A DNA stretch of 44,985 nt from an uncultured Bacillales bacterium (GCA_947165475.1 CAMVAN010000003.1:1-44985); one strand, 5' to 3'. Positions 9,331-19,863 are shown, counted from the first letter of the stretch. The notes: generated by a model from the sequence alone, not told the origin. Numbers and translations: made by a program.

Positions 9331-10005
9331 CTATTTACTTATGTTAAATATAAATTCAGCCACATAATCATATATTTTTTTATAATCTTCATTATCTTTC
9401 ATATAATCATCTATAAATTTCTTATAATCAAAATATTCATAATTATATTTTTTAGAATAACCTCTAAATGTCTCCTCATAATTTTTTGGTAGTTCTCCAT
9501 CAATTATTAATATTGATTTCATAATTACATATGCTTTCTTGAAGATTGCTCTATATTTTTCTTTTTCTAATTTATCATAAAGAAAAGTTCTTTTCAACTC
9601 ATGTTTTACGTGATAATAATCCATTAAATAGTTTTCTTTTACTTCATCAAATGATACTGTAGGAAGAATAAAATCTTCTCTTTTGTATTGTAATTCTATT
9701 TGATTATTTTCTAATAAATATAGATGGTAGAATACTTTAGGATCTATTTTTTTAGAAATAAATTCACTTTCAGTGAAAACTGTTGTTCCTATTTTTACCG
9801 AAAACATATTTATGATTTTTTTAATTCTGTTTATTATATCAAAATTATATTTTTTTAGAACTAATATAGAATCAATATCACTCCAGTTTTCCATAACCAT
9901 ACTACTACAGCTACTACCAATTATTAAAACTAGCGCTAAATCATCTTTAAATTCTTCTTTTACAGCTTCTACATATTTATTAATATCTTTTGAATAACTA
10001 TTCAT
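9331..10005 (-). CDS. Pol-beta superfamily nucleotidyltransferase with helical C-terminal domain
   Basis: hGS...WSDID motif. Confidence 0.75.
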   Translation of the reverse strand: MNSYSKDINKYVEAVKEEFKDDLALVLIIGSSCSSMVMENWSDIDSILVLKKYNFDIINRIKKIINMFSVKIGTTVFTESEFISKKIDPKVFYHLYLLENNQIELQYKREDFILPTVSFDEVKENYLMDYYHVKHELKRTFLYDKLEKEKYRAIFKKAYVIMKSILIIDGELPKNYEETFRGYSKKYNYEYFDYKKFIDDYMKDNEDYKKIYDYVAEFIFNISK

Positions 10006-10014
10006 AACTACCTC

Positions 10015-11646
10015 CTATTTTGAAATTATATAGTCTTCTATAACTAAATAATCTAATTGTGATTTACAGAACATCTTCATAGCATCTTTTGGAGTTTCTA
10101 TTATTGGTTCCCCATTGTCATTAAATGATGTATTTAATAATACTGGTATACTTGTTATCTTTTCAAATTCTTTTAGCAATTTATAGAATCTCTCATTAAT
10201 GTCTTTATTAACTGTTTGCACTCTACCACTTTTATCAACATGTAGTGTAGCTGGTATCTTATCTAATGCATTTTCCTTACATATAGGTACTCTTAGCATA
10301 TATCTAGATGGTTCATCTATTTGGAAGTATTCACTAACCTTTTCTTCAAGTATAGCAGGAGCAAATGGTCTAAAGTTTTCTCTATGTTTAATTCTTAAAT
10401 TGATTGTGTCTTTCATTTCTCTAGGATAAGGAGCACATAATATACTTCTATTCCCTAGTGCTCTTGGACCTATTTCACTTGCACCTTGGAACCAACCTAC
10501 CAAATTACCTTCACTCAATAGTTTAGCTACATCTTTTTCTATGTTTTTACTTTTTTTGTATTTAAACTTACAGCTTTTTACTTCATAAGGTAATACATAC
10601 TTACGTTGTTTCTTTTCTAACACGTCTAATATTTCTTCCTCTTTGTAATTTCTACCTAAGTATGGTGAAGCAAAACCTATTCTTTCTTTATTTCCGTATA
10701 CTATGTGATATCCGTATAGTGCATTACCTAAGTTTTGGCCGGTATCATCACAGCATGGTGGTACAAAGACTTCTTCTATTGGTGTTTCATCTAATATTCT
10801 TTGATTTATGACTCCATTTAGAAATACTCCACCAGCTAAACATACTTTTTTTATTTTATATTTATCATATAACCTTTTTACCAACTCTAGAATTATTTTT
10901 TCTGTTTCATACTGTACATAGAAAGCTGCATCTTTATTATCAAATCCAGATAACGGTTTTCCAAAATCCATATTATTTTCTTTAATAAAGTTTAATGATC
11001 CATCTATGTACTTACCATTACACTTACTAGATATTTCTAGTTTATCATTAATTTCATATAGACTAATATCTTTATACTTCATCTTACCATAAGCAGATAA
11101 TCCCATAGTCTTTCCTGCTTGTTGAGCAGAATATCCACAAAAGTTTGAAAAAGTTTCATATGTTCTTCCTATACCTTTATATCTATCTCTTTTAGGATTG
11201 TTTCCACCTACTTTTTCTATTTCATTTCCATGTGCAATATAATAGCTCTCTGTATCTGATAAATTACCAGAACCATCAATTACTATTATCATAGCCTCAT
11301 CAAAATTTGATAGAAAATATGAATTACATGCATGCGATAAATGGTGGTCTATAGTTATAAACTTTTTTTCATCACTAATGAAGTTTTTAAAATCTCCCAT
11401 ATAGTGTTCTGGTAAATACTCTCCATAACAACTTGATATAAATATATCTACATCTTCTAGTTTTAATCCTAATTCATTTAAACAATAGTTAACACTATAT
11501 AGATATCCATCAGAATTCTTCATTCTATTAAGTCTCTCTTCACTTATGGATATCAATTTGTCATCATGGATAATGGTACATCCACCATTATGACCCACAT
11601 TGAAACCCAAAATTGTTTTATCACTTTTTTTATTTATATTTATCAT
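10015..11646 (-). CDS. O-carbamoyltransferase (NodU/CmcH/TobZ family)
   Basis: EERLNRxK, HHLSHA, GKTMGLSAYG, AGGVFLN, EIGPRALGNRSIL, HRExFRPFAP, LLNTSFN. Confidence 0.95.
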   Translation of the reverse strand: MININKKSDKTILGFNVGHNGGCTIIHDDKLISISEERLNRMKNSDGYLYSVNYCLNELGLKLEDVDIFISSCYGEYLPEHYMGDFKNFISDEKKFITIDHHLSHACNSYFLSNFDEAMIIVIDGSGNLSDTESYYIAHGNEIEKVGGNNPKRDRYKGIGRTYETFSNFCGYSAQQAGKTMGLSAYGKMKYKDISLYEINDKLEISSKCNGKYIDGSLNFIKENNMDFGKPLSGFDNKDAAFYVQYETEKIILELVKRLYDKYKIKKVCLAGGVFLNGVINQRILDETPIEEVFVPPCCDDTGQNLGNALYGYHIVYGNKERIGFASPYLGRNYKEEEILDVLEKKQRKYVLPYEVKSCKFKYKKSKNIEKDVAKLLSEGNLVGWFQGASEIGPRALGNRSILCAPYPREMKDTINLRIKHRENFRPFAPAILEEKVSEYFQIDEPSRYMLRVPICKENALDKIPATLHVDKSGRVQTVNKDINERFYKLLKEFEKITSIPVLLNTSFNDNGEPIIETPKDAMKMFCKSQLDYLVIEDYIISK

Positions 11647-12677
11647 TCTTTCACCCCATATATGTTTTTTATTAATCTTTTTAATTCACTTAAACTAGTA
11701 ATTTTTTCATTATAAAATATGCTTAAAAAAGTTATTGATAATATAATGTCTTTTTTACTCATTTTATTGAAATCATATACCGCTAGTATTTTCATAGCTA
11801 GATAATTTTTAAAATCATCATACCAATTATCATAATTTATTCTTTTTATGATAGGTGCTATTACAATATCAATATAGTTTAATACTGCGTCTATTCGAAT
11901 ATTTCTAGGAATATGTTTTACTCTATCCTTGGATACATAAACCTTATTAATACATTTATAAATTTTTTTATGTTCTTTAAATGCTTTCTTATTATACTTT
12001 AATGAAAGATATTCAGCTTGTATTAAGTTGTAACAAGTAAATACTGCAAATTCACACATTAAAGGTACATAGCCACCTGCTGTATAATCGAATAGTTTCC
12101 CATCCAATCCTATATTCATATCATTAGGATCAGCATTGGATATTATATTCCATGTATTTTTCTCACTACTAAAATACTTAATGATTTCTTGATGTATTTT
12201 TCTATTTTCTATCTTAACTTTATTATTATTAAAATCTAATATCTTTCCATCTAGTTCTATGAATAATTTATTGGTAGTATTATTCTTTAATCTAGTATTT
12301 ATTCTCTCCTCAAAGAACATTCTACAATTACCTTTTTTATTATACTTTATAGTTTTATCAAATACATCTTTGTATTTTTTTAGGATATTAACATAATCGA
12401 TAGCTAATCTATTATTAACTGCAAAATAATCTACTAACAAGCCATTATTTTTATGTATATTATTATCATATTCATATAGTATTATATTTCTATCCATACT
12501 GGCATATTGATCTACCACATCATAATATTTTTTCAATATATCATAACCCTCAAGTTCCCTAGCATAATCTAAATCATTTAATTGCTTATAGAATACTTTT
12601 TCATTAGATATAGAGAATACTCCATTAGTATTGTTTTTGTTCCTATTCATACTAATATTTCTAATATACTTGCTCAA
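11643..12677 (-). CDS. APH/choline-kinase-like phosphotransferase (putative)
   Basis: NADPNDMNI...LFDY resembles Brenner HxDxxxxN and DF motifs; N-lobe VFYK...E. Confidence 0.5.
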   Translation of the reverse strand: MSKYIRNISMNRNKNNTNGVFSISNEKVFYKQLNDLDYARELEGYDILKKYYDVVDQYASMDRNIILYEYDNNIHKNNGLLVDYFAVNNRLAIDYVNILKKYKDVFDKTIKYNKKGNCRMFFEERINTRLKNNTTNKLFIELDGKILDFNNNKVKIENRKIHQEIIKYFSSEKNTWNIISNADPNDMNIGLDGKLFDYTAGGYVPLMCEFAVFTCYNLIQAEYLSLKYNKKAFKEHKKIYKCINKVYVSKDRVKHIPRNIRIDAVLNYIDIVIAPIIKRINYDNWYDDFKNYLAMKILAVYDFNKMSKKDIILSITFLSIFYNEKITSLSELKRLIKNIYGVKE

Positions 12678-13322
12678 TTAATCACCACCATATAATTCTA
12701 TCCTATTGTCATTTACTTTGAACTTAGTTGCATTTTTTACTACTTTTAAATCTTCATTTTTATCTCCAAAAAGTATTACGTATGAGTATTTACTATTATT
12801 AAGTCTTTTATTTTTTGGAGTTATTATTTTTGATTTAATTCTTTTTGTACTAATATCTATATCATTTGCTATTATATTGAGTCTTTTAATATCTATATTA
12901 TTTAGTTTTAATACATTTATAATTATCTGTTTCATACCTGATGAATATATAATTACATCTACATTGTTATTTATTAAATCATTCAATATATTAATTGTAT
13001 TTTTATTCAAATGGAATTCTTCTTGATATTCTATACTTTCTAATACTTTGTTTGAATAATATTTAGATAGTAGCCTGATTTTTAACCACCACATTAATTT
13101 AATAATATGCTTATTTCTAATATGATTGGTTATAAAATCTATTTTTCTTTTTTTTGATCTATATGACTCTGGAAGATAATTACTAAATACCCCAATACTA
13201 GAATTACTACTGGATAACGTAAGAGTATAATCAAAATCAAATATTGCAACTGAATCTTTATTATTCTTTAATTTATCTATTTTTTTATTTATTTCATTAT
13301 TCTTCATAGTTCTCAACTTCAT
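12678..13322 (-). CDS. HAD-IB phosphatase, pyrimidine 5'-nucleotidase-like
   Basis: DFDYTLT motif I, IYSSG motif II, LFGD motif IV. Confidence 0.8.
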   Translation of the reverse strand: MKLRTMKNNEINKKIDKLKNNKDSVAIFDFDYTLTLSSSNSSIGVFSNYLPESYRSKKRKIDFITNHIRNKHIIKLMWWLKIRLLSKYYSNKVLESIEYQEEFHLNKNTINILNDLINNNVDVIIYSSGMKQIIINVLKLNNIDIKRLNIIANDIDISTKRIKSKIITPKNKRLNNSKYSYVILFGDKNEDLKVVKNATKFKVNDNRIELYGGD

Positions 13323-14049
13323 AATATATACAATTCATAATTTTATGTTTGCCTATTATTTTTTCAATTGCAATATCTTTATTTAAATAAAATAATTCTT
13401 CTTTTCCTTTTAAATCTACTATTTCATTATTTATTTTAATAGTCATACTACCATTTATAATGAATACAAACTTGTCTTTATTTTCATCATATTCATTGTT
13501 TGGAATATCACTTATAACTATGTCGTTTTTAAATTGAGGTAATAAATACTTGTAATATTCTTGTGGTGTATTGACTTCTCTTCCTAGTGAATCATACATT
13601 CTTATTGTTTCTTTCTTATCAAACAAGTTATTGTCTTGTTCTTCAAAAATTGTGGAACCTTTACTCATAGAATGTATAGTATTTCTTTTAATATCAGCAC
13701 ACTTATATTTTTCCAATCTTATTTCATCGTTTTCACCATAAATTAATGTATTATCATCTAATGATATATATTTTTCACTTTTTAATGGGTGTAGTTGTAT
13801 AGAAGTGTTTGCTTTTGTAGTACTTACAACTTTAAATAATTTATTTGAAAACGGTAAAAACACTTTTTCTATACCCCATGCTTGTTCTTGAAATATATAT
13901 GGTACTTTAAAATATCCTTTTCTTATACCATCCTCTATTTCGTTTATTTGTTTTGTTGTTAAAACATTATTGTCATTTAGATATTCTTTTAATTTATCTA
14001 TTTTATATACATTTAAACTAGCAGTAAGGCTTTCCTTAATACTTAACAT
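13297..14049 (-). CDS. Cupin, mannose-6-phosphate-isomerase-like
   Basis: WG...TSIQLHP..K.E and TIHSM cupin motifs, ETIRMYD. Confidence 0.6.
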   Translation of the reverse strand: MLSIKESLTASLNVYKIDKLKEYLNDNNVLTTKQINEIEDGIRKGYFKVPYIFQEQAWGIEKVFLPFSNKLFKVVSTTKANTSIQLHPLKSEKYISLDDNTLIYGENDEIRLEKYKCADIKRNTIHSMSKGSTIFEEQDNNLFDKKETIRMYDSLGREVNTPQEYYKYLLPQFKNDIVISDIPNNEYDENKDKFVFIINGSMTIKINNEIVDLKGKEELFYLNKDIAIEKIIGKHKIMNCIYYEVENYEE

Positions 14050-14780
14050 GTTATATTTCTCCCTCCATCTATTACAAATACACTACCTGTAGTTTTTTGA
14101 GAGAAATCATTTATAACATCATATATGCTATCTGCAATATCTTCAGGGTTACAAATACATTTTAATGGTATTTTATTTTTAGCAATATTAGCCACTGATT
14201 CATTTTCCTCAAAAATTTTATTCATATTTGTATATGTAGCTCCTATAGCTATAGAGTTTACTGTTATCTTTTTAGGAGCTAATTCAATAGCAAATAGTTT
14301 TGTTAATGTAACTATACCTGATTTTGAAATATCATAATGAGCATGATCAACTCTTGGTTTATTATAATGGGTTGATGATATATTAAGTATTGTACTATCG
14401 CTCTTCATTCTATTCGATACTAATTGTGTTATATAGAAATTTGAAGTTAGATTTACTTTTAATACTTCATCCCATTCTTTTAAAGTCAATTTTGATATAG
14501 GGGCTATTGTTTGTATACCTGCATTATTTATTAGAATATCTATATTTTTATATTTATTGAAGATTTCATCAATTATCTTTTCTATATTATTGTAATTAGT
14601 GATATCTTCATTATATACTTCTATTTCTTTATTTCCCTCTTTTAATTCTTTACAGGCTTTTTCATCAGTATCAATTACTATTACCTTATTATCTTTAGAA
14701 AATAATAACGCAGTAGCTTTTCCTATACCATTGGCTCCTCCTGTTATGAATACTACTTTATTTTTTATTCTTTTATTCAT
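14043..14780 (-). CDS. Short-chain dehydrogenase/reductase
   Basis: TGGANGIG, NNAG, YxxSK. Confidence 0.93.
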   Translation of the reverse strand: MNKRIKNKVVFITGGANGIGKATALLFSKDNKVIVIDTDEKACKELKEGNKEIEVYNEDITNYNNIEKIIDEIFNKYKNIDILINNAGIQTIAPISKLTLKEWDEVLKVNLTSNFYITQLVSNRMKSDSTILNISSTHYNKPRVDHAHYDISKSGIVTLTKLFAIELAPKKITVNSIAIGATYTNMNKIFEENESVANIAKNKIPLKCICNPEDIADSIYDVINDFSQKTTGSVFVIDGGRNITC

Positions 14781-14897
14781 ATTATCAACCTCTCTTTATT
14801 ATTCCTTTATTATATGAAAAAAAGGGGCTTTAAAACAAGTCCTCCTCCTCCAAAACGAATTAATTTTTTTGAGATACTATTCACAAATTCGCCATAT

Positions 14898-14925
14898 ATA
14901 ATACCACATTTTTAAAAAAAGTCAA
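14898..14925 (-). promoter_or_regulatory. SigA-type promoter for the SDR-carbamoyltransferase operon
   Basis: TTGACT, 16-nt spacer, TGn-TATTAT. Confidence 0.55.
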
Positions 14926-14966
14926 AATTTTTGTGAAATATACACGAGAAAAGAAAATCTCTTCTC

Positions 14967-15625
14967 TTACTTTATCTTATACACCGCAGTTAAGTTAAAC
15001 TCATTCTCATGATCTTCTTCCACAAATACTTCTCTATAGTAATCCATCTTATTCTTTTCTAAACATAGTTCTAGGAAACATAAGAATATACCAATATCTA
15101 TTTAATTATAGTATATAACCATATCTTTAGGCATAATACCTCTTTTACCTTCCTTACGATATCTATATACTTTTAATTCTTTCTCACTAACTACAACTTT
15201 CCATGGTTGTGTATTACACGCACTAGGAGTACATCTCACAATATTTCCTATATCTAAGTAATTATTACCTTTCCATATCTCGGATAATTCTTTTCTTTTA
15301 CTTTACCTATCCCAAACCATAAAGTACCTATATTTTTAGATACTAAATATAGATCTAACTGTTCTCCTAAGTAACCTATATTTTGAAGATAATTATCTTT
15401 CTTTTCTGAATAGAATAAAATACAGTATTCTTGACCTCTAATACAAGTAGTAGAATCTTTTACTATTTTTATTTTTACTTTAATAGAATCATCTAATGGT
15501 TTTAATTCTTTAAACTTGTTTTCTATATCTTTTAATTCTTCTAAAGTAATCTTTTCATTACCTATATTTCTAAATAGATGGAAGGATTTTCTTTTAAATA
15601 TCATTTCATATAAGTTATTATCCAT
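14967..15625 (-). pseudogene. Nitroreductase-family protein, disrupted
   Basis: IFKRKS N-terminus; PSACNTQPW in another frame; apparent deletion junction near 15300 and in-frame TAA at 15102-15104. Confidence 0.8.
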
Positions 15626-15782
15626 AAGACACCTCTATCTAATTAGAGCATATATTAAATATACTATAGGAGTTTAATGGGGACTAAGATTTATCTTTTG
15701 ATAAAGTAATTGCTTTAACTAGGGCAATCTCTTAAAACTAATTATTAAGTTAGTAAGCAAATTATGATAAAAACTGATTGCT

Positions 15783-15919
15783 CTCTTCAGGGGGTGGATA
15801 TTAGCATAAAAAGCGATGGTATAAATCCCAGTAAAATCAACGTTTTTCATGACTCACAGTTTAAAAAAATACAATTCTACCCATCAATATTTACTAAAAT
15901 TGATGGGTGGCTGATGGGT
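15783..15919. mobile_element. att-like module: CTCTTCAGGGGG core copy 2 plus TGATGGGT arm repeats
   Basis: TGATGGGT at 15901 and 15912, inverted ACCCATCA at 15879; same layout as 5383-5522. Confidence 0.5.
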
Positions 15920-15943
15920 AAAATGATAAAGAGAGGAATAAAA

Positions 15944-16257
15944 ATGATAAGAAAAAATAGTTGTGGAAATATTACTGATGAAGAATTTTTAAACATTGTA
16001 ATTCCATTTGATAAAAAATGGATAAATATTTAATAAAGTATATGTATGAATATGTAGCTCATTATTTAGCTGTAGGATATGAAATGAGTGCATTATGGGA
16101 ATGTACTATAGAACAGCAAGTTAATTCAGCTTTAACTAGATTTACCGATCCATTACTTGATGGAATATTTAATTATGTTAAATTAGATAAAATATTAAAA
16201 GATAAATATAAGTTAAAGATTATTGATAGAAAAACATCACAAATGATTAAATTATAG
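15944..16257 (+). CDS. Hypothetical protein, probably frameshifted at the A6 run near 16018
   Basis: AGAGGA RBS before ATG 15944; reading continues in ORF 16018-16257; terminator follows. Confidence 0.5.
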
Positions 16258-16265
16258 AATAATAA

Positions 16266-16300
16266 AACTAGATGAGTTCAAATCATCTAGTTCTTTTTTT
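16266..16300 (+). terminator. Rho-independent terminator
   Basis: AACTAGATGA-loop-TCATCTAGTT followed by a T run. Confidence 0.75.
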
Positions 16301-16330
16301 ATGCTATTGTACCGTTATCGGTATGATATG

Positions 16331-16410
16331 TTTTTTTAACATATTTTTTTGATATGTTAAAATTTTGCGATTTTTTTAACATATTATTTTATTTTGTTAA
16401 ATTTTTAATT
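16331..16410. repeat. Two tandem 40-bp units, each an imperfect palindrome
   Basis: TTTTAACATAT-7nt-ATATGTTAAAA at 16334-16362; degenerate copy 40 bp later. Confidence 0.7.
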
Positions 16411-16415
16411 GATCG

Positions 16416-16429
16416 TAATATCTTAATCT
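16416..16429. repeat. TAATATCTTAATCT post-stop motif, copy 3
   Basis: 11 nt past the ZIP gene stop, 1 mismatch. Confidence 0.65.
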
Positions 16430-16440
16430 TCCGATTTATT

Positions 16441-17217
16441 TTAACCTAATGCTACATCCAAGATCATCATTAAGATAAACCCGCACGCAAATCCTATTGT
16501 TCCCAAATTTGAATGTTTGCCAACCTGTGATTCTGGTATTAATTCTTCTACAACTACATATATCATAGCTCCTGCAGCAAATGATAATAAATAAGGTAAA
16601 ATTGGAACTACTAATGAAGTTAGTAAAATAGTAAGTCCTCCAAATATAGGTTCAACTATACCTGATAATGTTCCATATATAAATGACTTACTTTTAGTAT
16701 TTCCTTCTTCTTTTAATGGCATTGATATAATCGCACCCTCTGGAAAGTTTTGAATCGCAATTCCTATTGATAAAGCAATTGCTCCCATCATGGTAATCGA
16801 ACTATTACCACTAATTGCCCCAGCTAAAGCAACTCCAACAGCCATACCTTCTGGAATGTTATGAAGTGTTACAGCTAATACCATCATTGCAGATTTTCCT
16901 AATTTAGATTTTAATCCTTCTGGTTCTTTGCTTTTAATATGTAAATGGGGAATTATATTATCTAATATTAATAAGAATATAATTCCTAAAATGAATCCTA
17001 CGGTTGCTGGTAACCAAGCTATTATATTTTGCTCTTTTGCCATATCAATTGATGGAATAAGTAATGACCAGATGGAAGCAGCTACCATAACACCAGAAGC
17101 AAAACCTAATAATACTTTTTCGACTTTTTCATTTAATTTGTTTCTCATTAGGAATACCATTGCAGCTCCTAATATTGTTCCTAAGAACGGTATTAATAAA
17201 CCAATTAAAATATTCAT
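16441..17217 (-). CDS. ZIP family metal transporter (GufA/ZupT-like)
   Basis: LHNIPEGMAVG, IQNFPEG, AAGAMIYVVVEELIPE. Confidence 0.93.
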   Translation of the reverse strand: MNILIGLLIPFLGTILGAAMVFLMRNKLNEKVEKVLLGFASGVMVAASIWSLLIPSIDMAKEQNIIAWLPATVGFILGIIFLLILDNIIPHLHIKSKEPEGLKSKLGKSAMMVLAVTLHNIPEGMAVGVALAGAISGNSSITMMGAIALSIGIAIQNFPEGAIISMPLKEEGNTKSKSFIYGTLSGIVEPIFGGLTILLTSLVVPILPYLLSFAAGAMIYVVVEELIPESQVGKHSNLGTIGFACGFILMMILDVALG

Positions 17218-17222
17218 CTATT

Positions 17223-17492
17223 TCACCTTCTTTTAAATAGTGATAGTCTATTTGGTGAATCTTTATCTTTCTTTAATATTATACCATAAACATGGTCACT
17301 TACTTCACTATTAATTGCTATTCTTGAATCAAATACTTGAACAATCATATTATCATCATTTTTATTAATAACATTTATTATAGAGGCAGGAATAAAACCT
17401 AAATTTTGAAGATGCCTTTTTCTTTATTCTGTACCTTCTAAATATTTAATACTAAATTGATTTTCTTTATTACATTCTCTCAATTTATTCAT
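17223..17492 (-). pseudogene. feoA: FeoA domain protein with in-frame stop
   Basis: RHLQNLGFIP...SRIAI; TAA at 17424-17426. Confidence 0.7.
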
Positions 17493-17493
17493 T

Positions 17494-19863
17494 TTACTCA
17501 TTTCCTTTTAAACTTGTAACCATATCTATTTTCTTAATTTTTCTAGCTAAAAACTTAGATACTAAATAAGATATAACAAATGTTCCTATAGCTGATAATA
17601 TGTAAGTTCTAGCAGTTATAAATGCACCAAAATCATAATGTTCTTCTATAGCTGTTTTAAATAACCAATCAGTTAAATAAAAACCTAATGGAAGACCAAT
17701 TATAATTGATATTATTGCTATCCAATTATTTTGTTTAATAAAGATATTCTCTATTTGTTTATCTTTAAATCCTAATACTTTTAATGTAGCAAATTGATAT
17801 TGTTTTTCTGTATATGAAAGTATTCCTAGATTATAAATAATAATACCTCCAAGAAGAATTGCAATTGATATTATCAATACTAACATTGTTTTCATCATAG
17901 ATAGCATCCCTCTCATACCATCTTTTAAATTATCAATATTTTGAATTGCTTCTACATTTTTAATATCTTTAGTTTTACTTAAATCATTATTGGTATACAT
18001 TGCATCAGGTTTATATTTTATGCCTAAACTCTCTAAATACTTTCTAGTCATAGTTACATTTTGATTTTGGGGATCCTTATTAAATCCGATTATCTCTGAT
18101 GTGTAATAATTGTTATCACCATAAATATGCCATGTTATTTTATCTTCAATTTTATATCCTTTTGTCTCTGCAAGTTTATAAGTAACATAAACTCCATTAT
18201 CATTTGGTTTTGGAACAAATTCATTTTTTCTATTAACAAATCTTACATAATTACCAGCATCAGTAACAAAAATATTATTTGATTCTCTTTTACCCTCATT
18301 ACCTTTTATTTCTATTCCTAAACTTTGAGATGTATACTCGCCATATTTATCATACAATTCTTTTAATTCATTATCAGTTAAATTTTCTTTTAAATTTAAT
18401 TTATAGTCAAAATTGTATAAATCTTCAAACTGTAATTTAACAAAGAAGTTCATTGAATCTAACATGCCTAATGCACAAACAATTAAAGTACAACATCCAA
18501 CAACTCCAGCAAGACCCATGAATGTTCTCATTTTATTTCTAAATATATCTCTTATATTCCAAATTGACTCAAAGCTCAACTTCCTGAAGAAACCTTTTTT
18601 AGTTATATTAAGCGCATTACCTTTAATACTTGGCACTTTTGTTCGAAGTGTTTCAGCTGGATTTTCTTTTAAGATACTTCTACCTGTTATATAAGTAATA
18701 ACTCCTACTACTAAAATAACCATTATAGCAACTAAATAACTACTTGAATTCATTGCTGGAACACCATTAGGTATCTCAAAGAATTCCATTTCTAAATTAA
18801 TAAATATGCTGCCAATTAGGTAATAACCTAATACTAATCCTAATATAGAAGCAAATATACTAATCCAAAAACCATAACCAATGTAATGAAATAATATTTT
18901 GTTATTACTAAATCCTAAAGCTTTTAATGTACCAATTTGAATTCTTTGATTTTTAACAACTCTAGTCATTGTAGTAATAACTGAAAGCATTGCTATAAAT
19001 AAGAATATACCAGAGAACACTCCTACATAAGTTTTACCTTCATCTATTTCACCTTGATATGCAACATATGATGCTGTATCTTCAATATTGATTATAGCTT
19101 TAGCATTTTCCACTCTATCTTCTATATTGTTTTTAACATCATCTCTTTTATCATTGTTTTTGACATCAACCATTATGCTCGAAAATGGTATATATTCTTT
19201 ATAATCAAAATTAGTCATTGCCATATTGAATACTTTTTCATCTGTTATACCAGCTTCTTTCATAACTAATCCTTTGATATAAGATTCTGTTATCTCATTT
19301 ATACTCATATAGGCAAATCCAAATTCTTTTCTATCTGGATATAATTCTGATTCATCTCTTGTATCATATAAATGATCTGGAACATTAATAAGTCCTAAAA
19401 CTTCTTCGTGTAATTCCATGCTTTCATACTTAACAAGAATTGTATCTCCAACTTTTATATTATTTTCTTCTGCATAAAAATTATCTAGCCATACACCACT
19501 TTTATTAGGATTGAATTCTTCTCCATCAATAATATAAAATTTAGAAATATTATTTGACTCAATGAAATCTAAAAGTAAAACTTTATCTTCATCTGTAGTT
19601 GCAGTTACTGATAATTTTAATTCTGCATTTTTAACATTATCTATCTTTTTAATTAAATCTAAATCATTATGATTTAATAGTCCCATAACGTTTAGATCTT
19701 GTAGATTATTTTCAGAATAAAACTTATCTGCAGTTTTTTGCATACCATCCATATATGCTTTAATTCCTGAATAAGCCATTATTCCTATCATAATCATTAA
19801 AAAGATTGTTATAAACTGAGATAAATTCTTACGAATATCTCTAAACATCTTCCTTTTTAGCAT
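17494..19863 (-). CDS. FtsX/MacB-family ABC permease
   Basis: Two IGTLKALG/FATLKVLG repeats, 4+4 TM layout; likely start MLKRK at 19863. Confidence 0.9.
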   Translation of the reverse strand: MLKRKMFRDIRKNLSQFITIFLMIMIGIMAYSGIKAYMDGMQKTADKFYSENNLQDLNVMGLLNHNDLDLIKKIDNVKNAELKLSVTATTDEDKVLLLDFIESNNISKFYIIDGEEFNPNKSGVWLDNFYAEENNIKVGDTILVKYESMELHEEVLGLINVPDHLYDTRDESELYPDRKEFGFAYMSINEITESYIKGLVMKEAGITDEKVFNMAMTNFDYKEYIPFSSIMVDVKNNDKRDDVKNNIEDRVENAKAIINIEDTASYVAYQGEIDEGKTYVGVFSGIFLFIAMLSVITTMTRVVKNQRIQIGTLKALGFSNNKILFHYIGYGFWISIFASILGLVLGYYLIGSIFINLEMEFFEIPNGVPAMNSSSYLVAIMVILVVGVITYITGRSILKENPAETLRTKVPSIKGNALNITKKGFFRKLSFESIWNIRDIFRNKMRTFMGLAGVVGCCTLIVCALGMLDSMNFFVKLQFEDLYNFDYKLNLKENLTDNELKELYDKYGEYTSQSLGIEIKGNEGKRESNNIFVTDAGNYVRFVNRKNEFVPKPNDNGVYVTYKLAETKGYKIEDKITWHIYGDNNYYTSEIIGFNKDPQNQNVTMTRKYLESLGIKYKPDAMYTNNDLSKTKDIKNVEAIQNIDNLKDGMRGMLSMMKTMLVLIISIAILLGGIIIYNLGILSYTEKQYQFATLKVLGFKDKQIENIFIKQNNWIAIISIIIGLPLGFYLTDWLFKTAIEEHYDFGAFITARTYILSAIGTFVISYLVSKFLARKIKKIDMVTSLKGNE

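Noticed and set aside
15764-16033. 89-aa plus-strand ORF
   Set aside because: Its 5' part runs over att-like repeats; the RBS-supported start is at 15944.
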